The notes under the pieces are model-generated. The model did not search any database, was not told where the DNA came from, and was given only the letters and a program-made list of their open reading frames with translations. This document shows positions 1 through 15,990 of a stretch of DNA of 64,000 nucleotides, piece after piece (the stretch's first letter is position 1; each line of letters starts with the position of its first letter). The position numbers and the translations under genes are program-made. The DNA is taken from positions 12,608-76,607 of the forward strand of contig CAZQJC010000111.1 in NCBI GenBank assembly GCA_964593795.1, read 5' to 3'. The DNA comes from an uncultured Myxococcales bacterium (GTDB lineage Bacteria; Myxococcota_A; Polyangia; JAHFDS01).

Positions 1-1569
1 GACGCGAAGGTCGAGACGAGCGCGCTCGTGTTCCTCGGCGATCGCTTCGTCGCCGAGGTCGCGGGGCCGCGGCAGAAGATCGGCCAGCTCCGCCGCATGA
101 TCGCGCAGGCGGAGCTCGCGGTTCCCGGCTACGCGCAGCTCCTCTACGGGCGCATCCACGGGCGCACGCCCGCGAGCACGGCGGAGCTCCTGAAGTCGCG
201 GTTGCTCGTCAAGGAGGACCTCGTCCACGGCGCGGGCGGGGCGATCTCGTTCGCCCCGAGCACGTCGGCGCGCTCGCGCTTCGGCACCTCGTCGGCGCTG
301 GTGCCGCTCATCGACCTGCCGGGCGTGGACCGCGTGACCGCTGGCGAGCGCGACGCCTATGTCCGCTTCGCGGAGACGTACCAGCAGTACTGGCGCGCGT
401 ACGTGGACCCGATCGCCATCCGCGTGCGGGTGGCGCAGAGCGAGCTCGGCGTCGACGTGCGCGTGCTGCCGCTCATCGAGGCCAGCGACTACCGCAAGCT
501 CGTGCGCACCGTGGGCAAGGCGCGCGTCTCGACGCCGGGCATCGACGCCGGCATGCGCTGGGTGCTCGGCATCGGACAGGACGCGGAGCTCCGCAGGCTC
601 CTGACCGGGACGGCGCGGCACACGCCCTTCGGTCAGTTCGGGCTGGACTGGCTCGGGGACTGGGCGATGGCGGGCATCGAGGACAAGGTCGTGCTCGCGC
701 AGTTCGCGCTCCGGAGCCGCGACCTCGTGGAGCAACGGCCGGCCCAGAGCGAGGAGGATCGGGGCCGAGCCCGGTTCGAGGACGTGCTGCGCCTGCCGCT
801 CTACGGCGGCCTCGAGGTGAAGTCGACCGCCGGCGCGATCGCGTTCCTGGCGGGCGTCAAGCAGACCCTCGACACCTCGGCGCCGGGCCTCGTCGAGTGG
901 ACGCGCATCGATCACCGGGGCGTGGCGATCATGCGCGTGCGGCCGGCGCCCGGGACCGCGGAGAGCCGGAAGCTCGCGGAGGCCGGGGCCGCGGATGTCG
1001 CCGTCTACTACGCGCTCGCCGAGGGCGCGCTGCTCGTGGCGCTGCAGGAGCCGGTCATCAAGCGACGCATCGACGAGCGCAAGGACGGGCGCGGCCCGCA
1101 GGCCGGCAAGCAAGGCGATACGCAGCTCGTGTTCGACGTGGCCACGAAGGCCGCCTCGCCGATGGGCCGCGTGATCACCTGGGCGCTCGACCGCGAGATC
1201 GCGCGCGAGACGCATCACTCGTTCGAGGAGGCGTTCGTGCTCCTCTCCGGCGCACCCGAGCTGCGGACCGATCCTTCGCGCTATCGCGCGGTCGCGATGG
1301 CGACGCTCGGGCGCGTGCCGCTCACGACCGACGGCCAGCCCTACACGTGGACGGAGGAGGGAGTCACCGACCCGGTGCGCGGGTCGATGATGCGGCGGCG
1401 CTGGCCGAAGCTGCCGGTCGCGGGCTCGGCGGTGGAGCGCCTCGTGACCTCGCTCGTGCGCCTTCGCGGCGAGGTGGGCTTCGACGAGGAGCCAGGTCCG
1501 GCGGCGCCCGGCGGCGAGCGGCTCGGGAGCCTGCACGCGCGGGTGACGGTGGGGCTCGGCGCGCGGTGA
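1..1569 (+). CDS. Hypothetical protein, 5'-truncated by the window edge
   Basis: Frame 1 is open from base 1 to the TGA at 1567-1569, with GC3-rich codons and an ordinary globular composition. No family motif recognised. Confidence 0.75.
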   Translation, partial: DAKVETSALVFLGDRFVAEVAGPRQKIGQLRRMIAQAELAVPGYAQLLYGRIHGRTPASTAELLKSRLLVKEDLVHGAGGAISFAPSTSARSRFGTSSALVPLIDLPGVDRVTAGERDAYVRFAETYQQYWRAYVDPIAIRVRVAQSELGVDVRVLPLIEASDYRKLVRTVGKARVSTPGIDAGMRWVLGIGQDAELRRLLTGTARHTPFGQFGLDWLGDWAMAGIEDKVVLAQFALRSRDLVEQRPAQSEEDRGRARFEDVLRLPLYGGLEVKSTAGAIAFLAGVKQTLDTSAPGLVEWTRIDHRGVAIMRVRPAPGTAESRKLAEAGAADVAVYYALAEGALLVALQEPVIKRRIDERKDGRGPQAGKQGDTQLVFDVATKAASPMGRVITWALDREIARETHHSFEEAFVLLSGAPELRTDPSRYRAVAMATLGRVPLTTDGQPYTWTEEGVTDPVRGSMMRRRWPKLPVAGSAVERLVTSLVRLRGEVGFDEEPGPAAPGGERLGSLHARVTVGLGAR

Positions 1570-2360
1570 GGCCGGGCGAGCGCGTCGGCGAGCGCTTCGA
1601 GCTCATCGCGCTCTCGCGCATCGGCGGGATGGGAGAGGTCTGGCGGGCGCGCGACACGCTCGACGGCCGCGAGGTCGCGGTCAAGCTGCAGCGCGACGAC
1701 GGCGGGCCGATGGGCGCGCGGTTCCTGCGCGAGGCGCGCCTGCTCGCCGCGCTGCACCACCCGGCGATCGTCGGCTACGTGGCCCACGGCCGCGCGCCCG
1801 ACGAGGTGCTCTTCCTCGCGATGGAGTGGCTCGAGGGCGAGGACCTCGGCCGGCGCCTGACCGGTGGCGGCCTCGAGCCCTCGGAGACGGTGGCGCTCGG
1901 GCGGCGCATCGCGGGCGCGCTCGGGACCCTCCACGCGGCAGGCGTCGTGCACCGCGACGTCAAGCCCGGGAACCTGTTCCTGCCCGGCGGGCTCGTCTCG
2001 GAGGCGACGCTGCTCGACCTCGGCATCGCGCGCACGGCGGAGCGCACCAGCATGCCGACGCGTGCCGGCGCCGTCATCGGCACGATCGGGTACATGGCGC
2101 CGGAGCAGGCGCGCGGGGCGCCGGGGATCGACGCGCGCGCCGACGTCTTCGCGCTCGGGTGCGTGCTCTACCAGTGCCTGACCGGCCGCCTGCCCTACCC
2201 CGGCGCCGACGAGATCGCGATCCTCGCGCGCATCCTGTTCGACGATCCGCCGCGCCTGTGCGACGCGCGGCCCGATCTGCCCGCCGCGCTCGACTCGCTC
2301 CTCGCGCGCATGCTGGCGAAGGATCCCGCCCTGCGCCCCGCCGACGGGCGCGAGGTGTAG
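1566..2360 (+). CDS. Ser/Thr protein kinase domain; N-terminal part of a kinase/cyclase-like/AAA-ATPase/TPR gene interrupted by an in-frame TAG
   Basis: GTG at 1566 overlaps the upstream stop. Motifs IGGMGEVW, VAVK, HRDVKPGN, DLG, GTIGYMAPEQ, DVFALG. Ends at TAG 2358-2360 while the frame continues. Confidence 0.85.
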   Translation: MRPGERVGERFELIALSRIGGMGEVWRARDTLDGREVAVKLQRDDGGPMGARFLREARLLAALHHPAIVGYVAHGRAPDEVLFLAMEWLEGEDLGRRLTGGGLEPSETVALGRRIAGALGTLHAAGVVHRDVKPGNLFLPGGLVSEATLLDLGIARTAERTSMPTRAGAVIGTIGYMAPEQARGAPGIDARADVFALGCVLYQCLTGRLPYPGADEIAILARILFDDPPRLCDARPDLPAALDSLLARMLAKDPALRPADGREV

Positions 2361-5474
<3,114 letters not shown>

Positions 5475-5477
5475 CGA

Positions 5478-6725
5478 CTACTGCGCGGGGGCCCAGCGGA
5501 CGGGCCACCACGGCGGGCGGAGCGCTCCGGCCGACGTCGTGCTCGTGACGCGACCGTCGGGAGCGACGGAGAACGTGGCGACGCCGAGCGGCGCGGCGGA
5601 CGCGGTGAGCGCGCACTGCCACGCGCCGGGGTGGCTCGCGCGGCGCGTGGCCGTGTCCACGACCAGCGGCAGCGCGACGTGGTGCCGGCGCAGGCCCTCG
5701 CCCAAGGAGCTGTTCTGGTCGCGCGACCGGAGCGCGCCCTCGAGCGGGCGGCCGTCCACCGTGCACCGTGCGTAGACGTCCGCCGGGTTCGAAGGGCGCG
5801 CGTGGACCACGAGGTAGGCGCGCTCGGCCTTCGGCGTGGGCTCGTCGAGCGGCTCGGGCGCGAACGCGACGAACGCGTGCGCCTTGCGCCAGCCGAGCGA
5901 CGTGTCGAGCGTGCCGAGGGTGCTCTCGGCGCCGCTCGCGCCGGGCCGGTAACGCACCTCGAAGCGATCGGGCAGCGCGCTCGCGCACTCGGCGCGGCCG
6001 GTGGAGCTCCCGCCCCCGCGCGGCGCGATCCGCCTGACCGTGCACCGCACCGGCGGCTCGCCCACGAGGACCGCGTCGTCGTCCTGCACGTCCGCCGGCG
6101 CGTGCCCACGGAGCTGCAGCCACACCTTTTGGGTCTCCACGGACCGCGCGAAGCCGGTCACGTCCGGCACACCGGGCGCGATCCGCGGTGCGCGCGGCGG
6201 CTGCACGGCAGCGTCGACGAACACCTCGGACGCGCGACGGAGGGCGCGTTCGGGCGCGCGCGGCGGCTCCTTGTCGCGGCCGGGCGCCCGCGGCGCGTCG
6301 GTGATCACGGCGATGAGCTCCTCGAGCAGGCGCGCGCGCGTCGCGCCGTCGGTGGCGGGGCTCCGGAGCTGCTCGGCGATCGCCGTCAGCGCGGTGAAGC
6401 GCCGGTCCGCGCGCTCACGCTTCTCGCGGTACTCGGCGGGGGCCACGCGACAGGCGTTGAAGTCGCGGCAGAGCTGCAGCGACTGGTGCGCGAGGAGCTG
6501 CAGCGTCTCGCTCGGATCGCGCAGCGACTCCTGACCGGCCTTGACCGCGACGCCGACACCACCCAGCGAGAAGCCGAGGTCCACCTTGAGGCTCTCGTAG
6601 CGCGTGCGATAGACGTCGCAGTCGTCGCGCACGATCGCCCCGACGGGTGCGGGGCAGACGTACTCGCCGTAGGTGCCCGCGCAGGTCGAGGCCGCGAGCG
6701 CCAGGAGCAGCGCGAGCGGCCTCAT
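5478..6725 (-). CDS. Hypothetical exported/lipoprotein, paralogue B (415 aa)
   Basis: ATG at 6725 overlaps the upstream stop (ATGA). Signal-like MRPLALLLALAASTC. Shares CPAPxGxIVRDDC, LCxDxNACR and PWW motifs with the upstream gene. Confidence 0.75.
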   Translation of the reverse strand: MRPLALLLALAASTCAGTYGEYVCPAPVGAIVRDDCDVYRTRYESLKVDLGFSLGGVGVAVKAGQESLRDPSETLQLLAHQSLQLCRDFNACRVAPAEYREKRERADRRFTALTAIAEQLRSPATDGATRARLLEELIAVITDAPRAPGRDKEPPRAPERALRRASEVFVDAAVQPPRAPRIAPGVPDVTGFARSVETQKVWLQLRGHAPADVQDDDAVLVGEPPVRCTVRRIAPRGGGSSTGRAECASALPDRFEVRYRPGASGAESTLGTLDTSLGWRKAHAFVAFAPEPLDEPTPKAERAYLVVHARPSNPADVYARCTVDGRPLEGALRSRDQNSSLGEGLRRHHVALPLVVDTATRRASHPGAWQCALTASAAPLGVATFSVAPDGRVTSTTSAGALRPPWWPVRWAPAQ

Positions 6726-8215
6726 CGCCCCGCCTCGAGGTTCGCCTCGATCGCATTCGGCAGCGGGCGCGCCTCCACGCGCCACCACGGCGAGTCGATC
6801 CCACCGCGCGTCCCCCGCTGCGTCGCGTGGGGCTCGGGCCTGCCGTCGGCGCCGATGCGGAAGGTGACCTCGCGCAGCTTCTCGCCGCCGGCGGTGACCG
6901 TGCAAAGCCACGCGCCAGGCCGGCCAGACAGGAGCCCGAGCCCCGGGGGAGGCGTCGCCTGGTCGTGCGGGAGGACGAACGGCAGCGGGAACGCGAAGCG
7001 ACGCCACTCGATCTCGGGCGCGGGCTCCGCGATCGACGAGTTTCCCTTCTCGTGATAGCGGGGGCGGTCCTGGTAGGTCTCGAGCTGCGCGCCGCCGCGG
7101 CCCGGGCGGATCGCATCGTCGGTGACGAGCGCGCCGCCGACCTGGCAGCGCAGCGTCGGCGGCGGGTACTTGCCGCGCAGGCGCAGCGTCACCATCACGC
7201 TCGGCCGCTCGAACGCGGCCGGCAGGAAGCGCGGCTCGGGATCGAAGGCGAGGTAGGCCCGCTCGCGCTCGGCGTCGACGTCCACCCCGTAGTGGTGCAC
7301 GCCTGCGCGGATGCCGGCCTCGCGGTTCGGGTGCTCGAGGATGGTGTAGCGCCAGGTGCCGAGGACGCTCCGCTGGCCGGTCGCCGCTCGCCGGTACGCG
7401 AGCGCCACGGTCACCGCGCGATCGGTGCGGCGCGTGCCGTCGCGCTCGGCGCAGGCCACGGTGTGGAGGACGTCCTTGCCCTTGGCGTCCTTGCGCACCA
7501 GGCAGGACACGGTGCCGCTGCCGAAGTCCGCCTCGAGCACGTCGTCCGGCTCGAGCCGCCCGTACAGGTCCACACGCACGGTGGGCAGGAATGAATCGCG
7601 CGAGTCCTTGCCGTCGCGGATGAACTGCAGGCGCAGCGCGAGCTGCGGCTCGCCGAGGAGGCGCGGGACGCCATCGGCCACCGGCCCGGGCGACGGCGGC
7701 AACGTCCGCGCGCCCAGCCAGTAGCGCCCGAAGAACGGCTCGCGCCGCGTCGCCGCCACCGGCTCGGCCGGCGCTCGATCGGTGGGCGGGCCCCCCAGGG
7801 CCGCGAGGAGCCGCTCGAGGATGCGCTGCCGTTCCGGCTCGGACAGGCTCGGCGCCCGCAGCTCGGCCGACAGCGCGGCGACGACGACGAACGTGCGATC
7901 GAGCTCGTCGCGGCGACGGCGGTATTCCTCGGGCGCGAGCCGGCAGGCGTTCCAGTCCTGGCACAGGGCGTGGGCGCGCGTGGCGAGGAGCTGCACGAGC
8001 TCGCTCGGCGCGTGCGTCTGCTCCGACCCGACCTTGACGTTGCCCCCGACGACGCCCGCGAGGCTCGCGCCGACATCCACCGCCATCTTCTCGTAGCGCA
8101 CGCGGTACTGCTCGCAGTCGTCGCGCACGATCTCGCCGATGGGCGCCGGGCACGTGTATCGCCCGGTGGAGGCGCACGCGGAGAGGAGGAGCGCGAGGAG
8201 GAGACGCGGTCGCAC
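6722..8215 (-). CDS. Hypothetical lipoprotein, paralogue A (497 aa)
   Basis: GTG at 8215 gives MRPRLLLALLLSAC (lipobox LSAC). TAGAGT -10-like hexamer 7 nt upstream. Paralogous to 5478-6725. Confidence 0.78.
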   Translation of the reverse strand: MRPRLLLALLLSACASTGRYTCPAPIGEIVRDDCEQYRVRYEKMAVDVGASLAGVVGGNVKVGSEQTHAPSELVQLLATRAHALCQDWNACRLAPEEYRRRRDELDRTFVVVAALSAELRAPSLSEPERQRILERLLAALGGPPTDRAPAEPVAATRREPFFGRYWLGARTLPPSPGPVADGVPRLLGEPQLALRLQFIRDGKDSRDSFLPTVRVDLYGRLEPDDVLEADFGSGTVSCLVRKDAKGKDVLHTVACAERDGTRRTDRAVTVALAYRRAATGQRSVLGTWRYTILEHPNREAGIRAGVHHYGVDVDAERERAYLAFDPEPRFLPAAFERPSVMVTLRLRGKYPPPTLRCQVGGALVTDDAIRPGRGGAQLETYQDRPRYHEKGNSSIAEPAPEIEWRRFAFPLPFVLPHDQATPPPGLGLLSGRPGAWLCTVTAGGEKLREVTFRIGADGRPEPHATQRGTRGGIDSPWWRVEARPLPNAIEANLEAGR

Positions 8216-8562
8216 GGGGACGACTCTATCCCCGGCGCATGTGTAAGACCACGAACGCAGGTCCGTCGAGGTGACCGGGCCCCCCCCGGTCATGCGGGGA
8301 CCGCGCCCCCGGCTGCGGCCCCCGGTCCGCACGCGCTATCGCACCCTTACCCTGCCCTCCCCACGCTGGCCTTCGCGTTGCACATGGGATGGCGCAGTTC
8401 CCTCCCGGTCGCCTCGCGCTCGGAGCCCTACCCCTGGCCTGCAACACTGGGCGCCGAGGCGGGGCGATCGGGGGAGAACTGTTTCCCGCGCGACCGACGG
8501 CGGCTGATGCGCGCCGGGCCCTCGTGGCGGCGATGCGCCGGGCGCGCTACGATCAAGCACGA

Positions 8563-8958
8563 ATGCAGCGCCTCCTCTTCCTCGCGCTGGCTGTCGTGGT
8601 CTTCGAGGCCCTGTGGCCGCGGCCCACGCTCGCGCAGATCGGCCACACGCCGGCCGTGCACGTCTACTCGGCGAGCTGGTGCGGCGCCTGCCGCCAGGCC
8701 AAGACGTACCTCACGGCCCACAAGGTCGACTTCGACGACGTCGACATCGAGTCCTCGCGAGCGCACCGCGATGCCTTCGACGCGCTCGGCGGCACGAGCG
8801 TGCCGCTCGTGCTGGTGGACGAAGAGCGGATGGTCGGCTGGAGCGGCGAGGAGTTCGAGGCGCGCTTCCGCGACGCGGCGAAGTGGCGCAAGGGGCGCTG
8901 GTGGCAGCGCCTGTGGATGAGCGTCAGGGGCGCGCCGGCCGCGGCTCCGGCCGGCTGA
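8563..8958 (+). CDS. Glutaredoxin/NrdH-like CxxC protein with an N-terminal signal-like segment
   Basis: VHVYSASWCGAC and VPLVLVDEERMVGW match the glutaredoxin fold. Hydrophobic N-terminus after ATG 8563. Confidence 0.8.
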   Translation: MQRLLFLALAVVVFEALWPRPTLAQIGHTPAVHVYSASWCGACRQAKTYLTAHKVDFDDVDIESSRAHRDAFDALGGTSVPLVLVDEERMVGWSGEEFEARFRDAAKWRKGRWWQRLWMSVRGAPAAAPAG

Positions 8959-10219
8959 TCACTTCAGGAAGTCGGGTACGCGCTCGGAGCGGACCACGTC
9001 CTCCCAGCTCTCCCGCGCGCGGATGACCTCGAAGCGATCGCCGTGCACGAGCACCTCGGCCGCGCGCCCGCGCGTGTTGTAGTTCGAAGCCATCGCGAAG
9101 CCGTACGCGCCGGCGCTCATGAACGCCATGAGGTCGCCGCGCTCCGGCCAGTCGACCTCGCGATCGCGCGCCAGGAAGTCGCCCGTCTCGCAGATGGGGC
9201 CCACGACGTCGGCGAGCACGCGCTCGGCGCCCGCGCGCCGCAGGACCGGCCGGATGCCGTGGTAGGAGTCGTAGAACGACGGCCGGATGAGGTCGTTCAT
9301 GCCCGCGTCGATGATCACGAAGCGCTTGATCTCGCCGACCTTGCGGTAGAGGACGCGCGTGAGGAGCACGCCGGCGTTGCCGACGATGACGCGCCCCGGC
9401 TCGAACACGAGCTCGAGGTTCAGGCCCTCGAACGGCCGCACGGCGTCCTCGATGGCCGCCGCGTAGTCGGCCGGCGACGGCGGGGGCCCCTGCTCCTCCT
9501 GGTAGGGGATGCCGAGCCCGCCGCCCACGTCGAGGTAGCGGAGCGTACAGCCCGCCTCGGAGAGCTCGCGGGCGAGCGACGCCACGCGCGCGATCGCGTC
9601 GCGGAACGGCGCCACCTTGGTGAGTTGCGAGCCGATGTGGCAGTCGATGCCCACGACCTCGATCCCCGCCATCTTGCGCGCGCGCGCGTACGCCTCGCGC
9701 GCCTCGCCGATCGGCAGGCCGAACTTGTTCTTGCGCAGGCCGGTCGAGATGTACGGGTGCGTCTCCGCGTCCACGTCCGGGTTCACGCGCAGCGCGATCG
9801 GTGCGCGCTGCCCGAGCTTGCGCGCGACCGCGTCGATGGCGCCCAGCTCCTCGGCGCTCTCGACGTTGAGCATCAGCACGTTCGACTCGATGGCGTAGGC
9901 GATCTCCTCGTCGCGCTTGCCGACGCCCGAGAACACGATCTTCTTCGGGTCGGCGCCGGCCGTGAGCGCGCGTCGCAGCTCGCCGCCCGAGACCACGTCG
10001 AACCCCGACCCGAGGCGCACGAGCGCGCGCAGGATCGCCAGGTTCGAGCACGCCTTGACGGAGAAGCACACGCGGTGCGGCCGCCCCGCGAACGCGGAGT
10101 CGAACACCTGGAAGTGCCGCTCGAGCGTCGCCAGGCTGTAGACGTACGTGGGCGTGCCCACCTCGTCCGCGATGCGCGAGAGCGGGACGTCCTCGCACCA
10201 GAGTTGATCTCCTTTGTAC

Positions 10220-10233
<14 letters not shown>
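8959..10233 (-). CDS. lysA: Diaminopimelate decarboxylase
   Basis: [14 protein letters not shown] (PLP Lys), [30 protein letters not shown] and SNYN motifs. GTG at 10233 with a GAGGAGG RBS. Confidence 0.95.
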
Positions 10234-11602
<1,369 letters not shown>

Positions 11603-11693
11603 GACGCAGTGAGTCTAGACGGGGTCCGGCTCAACTTCTCAACTTTCGAGAAGCCGGCCCCTCCCTGGCCTCGCGAATCGACGTGGTTTCGAG

Positions 11694-13130
11694 CTACTTG
11701 AGCTCGGCGTTCGTGCGGGCGTCGAAGGTGGCGATCTCGCCGGGATTGTCGGCGGAGAGGGGGTCCGCCTCGCTGCCGAGGTCGGCGAGCCTCGCCCCGC
11801 GGTCGCCGAGGAGCGCGACCGCGAGCTGGAGCTTGCCGGCGCCCTCGGGCGCCAGCAGCAGGGCGTCGCCGCCCTCGATCGGCGCCTCGCGCATCTCCCA
11901 CGCCTGCGTGCCGCGCCGGAGCTGCAGGCGCACGCGCTTGACCAGCTCCTCCGGGTCCGAGATCACCTTGACCTCGATCCCGACGCCCTCCTTGGTGGGC
12001 TTGGCCGCACGTGAGACCACGATGCGCAGTGGCTTGCGCGTCTGCATGCCCTTCTGCGCGATGTCGAACGTTCGCTTCTCGACCGCGCCGGCTCCGGCCG
12101 GTAGCGCGAACCCGGGCTCGAGTGACAGGAGCCCGCGCCACGCGCGCACTGCCTCCTCCAGATCCTTGCGCGGCTCGAGCGCGTTCTCGGATCGCCGCGC
12201 CGCCAGCCGCGCGCGCACGCGCAGGGAGGCCAGGAACAGCGGACGCCCGGGATCGGCGTCCGCCGCGACGCGCCTTGCGACCTGCTCCGCCTCGGCGAGC
12301 TTGCCCCGCTCGAGCAGCCGATCGGCGAGATCGCACGCCTCCAGGCCGCGCGCGCTCGCCACCTCGATCGCGTCGAGCTCCTCCTCGAGCGGACCGAGCT
12401 TGGGCGTGATCTTCGTCGACGCGGCCGGATCCTTGGTGCTCGAGAGCGCCTGCCGGTACGAGGCGACGGCCCTGCGCAGGGCCTCGGGCGTGCGCGCCTT
12501 CTTCCACACCTCGGCGTTCGCCCGGCCGGCGGCCAGGAGGAGCTGCCAGGGCCTCGACCGGTCGACCAGATCCGCCGGCTCGGTCAGCCCCTCGGGCGCC
12601 ACGGCCGTCGCGAGCGCGTGCGCCTCGGTGAAGGCTCGCGCCGCGTCGTCGAACGCGCCCTGCTGGAACTGCTGCGTCCCCTCGCGGATGAGCTCGCCGA
12701 GGCGCGCCCGCTTCTTCGGGACCTCCTCCGCCTTGCGGGCCACCTCCTCGCGCGCTTTCTGCTGCTCGCGCATGAGGAGCGGCTTGTACTGTCCCAGCAT
12801 CGACAGCGCGCTCTGCTTGCGCACGACGTCCTGCTCGACGAGCTGCTCGAGCAGCGCCACCGCGCGGTCGAGCGCCTTCGGATCCTTGTTGGCGTCCCAG
12901 GCGCGGCCATAGGCCGTGGCGGCGGCGAAGAGGAGCGCCAGATCGGGCAGGACGGCGTACGCCTCCTCGAAGCGCGCGCCGGCCTCGGCGGACTTGCCCG
13001 CCTTGAGCAGCGCCTGCGCCTCGTCGCTCTTCCGCTTGACCTCCTGCTTTCGCTTCTCGAGGGGCTCGGCCGCGGCGCTTGCCGCCGGACACGCCACGCC
13101 GAGCAGGAGGACCAGAGCGAGGAGGCGCAC
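11694..13130 (-). CDS. Exported TPR-like helical-repeat protein with a C-terminal beta-rich domain
   Basis: Signal/lipobox-like VRLLALVLLLGVAC, then helical repeats (AGARFEEAYA, FDDAARAFTEA). Start codon uncertain. Confidence 0.65.
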   Translation of the reverse strand: MRLLALVLLLGVACPAASAAAEPLEKRKQEVKRKSDEAQALLKAGKSAEAGARFEEAYAVLPDLALLFAAATAYGRAWDANKDPKALDRAVALLEQLVEQDVVRKQSALSMLGQYKPLLMREQQKAREEVARKAEEVPKKRARLGELIREGTQQFQQGAFDDAARAFTEAHALATAVAPEGLTEPADLVDRSRPWQLLLAAGRANAEVWKKARTPEALRRAVASYRQALSSTKDPAASTKITPKLGPLEEELDAIEVASARGLEACDLADRLLERGKLAEAEQVARRVAADADPGRPLFLASLRVRARLAARRSENALEPRKDLEEAVRAWRGLLSLEPGFALPAGAGAVEKRTFDIAQKGMQTRKPLRIVVSRAAKPTKEGVGIEVKVISDPEELVKRVRLQLRRGTQAWEMREAPIEGGDALLLAPEGAGKLQLAVALLGDRGARLADLGSEADPLSADNPGEIATFDARTNAELK

Positions 13131-13214
13131 GGGAGGATCCAGGGCGAGATCATAGCACCGCGCCGCTGCACGACCGCGCGCGGCCGACACCCCGCGGGGC
13201 TAGAATACGAGGGG

Positions 13215-14213
13215 ATGGGCGACGACCTGCTCGCGACGCGGCTCGACCGCCCGCTCCTCGTCGTGGAGGTCTCCGGCGGCTCGCTCGACGGCCTCCGCTT
13301 CCCGCTCGGTCCGACGGAGCTCACCCACGGCGTCGCCATCGGCCGCAACCCCGAGTGCTTGATCCGGTTCGACGCCACACGCGACCGCGCCGTCTCGGGC
13401 AGCCATGCGCTCCTCGAGTCGCGGGACGGCCGCTTCTTCGTGCGCGACCTCGGCAGCGCCAACGGCCTCTTCGTCGACGGCAAGCGCGTCGGCGACCAGA
13501 GCTGCGAGATCCAGAGCGGCACGCGCATCCGGCTGGGGGAGAGCGGGCCGGTGCTGCGCGCGATGGTGCCGGGTGAGCCGCTCGCGCACGCCACGACGGA
13601 GCTCGGCACGACCGCCACGCCCGACCCGGGTACGCCACCGACCGAGGTGCCCGGCCGCGATCGCCCGCCGGGCGCCCGCACCCAGATCCTCCTCGATCAG
13701 GTGGCCGAGCGCGTGGCCGCCGGCGCAGCCGCGACGCGCCGGCGACTGCTCTTCGCGCTCGGCGCGCTCGGCGTGTTGCTCGTGGCGGGCGGCGGCGTGG
13801 GCGCCTGGTACCTGGCGCAGGACCGCAAGGCGGTGGCCCGGATCGAGGAAGGAGCGCGGCAGGCCCGCGAGGCGATGGAGCGCGAGCGCGCGGCGGACCG
13901 CAAGCGCATCGACGAGGCCCTCGCCGCGGCCAGGGCGGCGCGAGACGAGCTCGACCGGCAGAAGCGCGCCTACGACGAGCTGAAGAGGCAGCTCGAGCAG
14001 AAGACCGACGAAACGGAGCGCGCGGCGCTGCAGGCACGCATCGAGGAGCAGGCCAAGAAGATCACGACCGTACGCAAGGACGCCCGGGCCAAGGGCCGCG
14101 CTCTGCGCGACGAGGCCCGCAAGCTCCGCGAGAAGGGCCGCGCGGCGGCTGGCGAGGCGGCGGACGAGATGACCGACGAGGAGCTCGAGGCCCTCGGCGC
14201 CGACGACGAGTAG
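13215..14213 (+). CDS. FHA-domain membrane protein with a coiled-coil C-terminus
   Basis: FHA motifs IGR, VSGSHA and DLGSANG; one TM segment (LLFALGALGVLLVAGGGVGAWYL); long E/K/R-rich coiled coil. Confidence 0.88.
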   Translation: MGDDLLATRLDRPLLVVEVSGGSLDGLRFPLGPTELTHGVAIGRNPECLIRFDATRDRAVSGSHALLESRDGRFFVRDLGSANGLFVDGKRVGDQSCEIQSGTRIRLGESGPVLRAMVPGEPLAHATTELGTTATPDPGTPPTEVPGRDRPPGARTQILLDQVAERVAAGAAATRRRLLFALGALGVLLVAGGGVGAWYLAQDRKAVARIEEGARQAREAMERERAADRKRIDEALAAARAARDELDRQKRAYDELKRQLEQKTDETERAALQARIEEQAKKITTVRKDARAKGRALRDEARKLREKGRAAAGEAADEMTDEELEALGADDE

Positions 14214-14270
14214 TCCCATCTGCGCGCGTGATTTGAGCGAGGCCGCCACGACGCGGTACCATGGTCCGGG

Positions 14271-15977
<1,707 letters not shown>

Positions 15978-15990
15978 CCCGTCCTCCCCC

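Noticed and set aside
2358-2360. Pyrrolysine recoding of the in-frame TAG
   Set aside because: No pyl genes in the window, many genes here end at TAG, and the protein class is not a known Pyl user. Mutation or base error is more likely.
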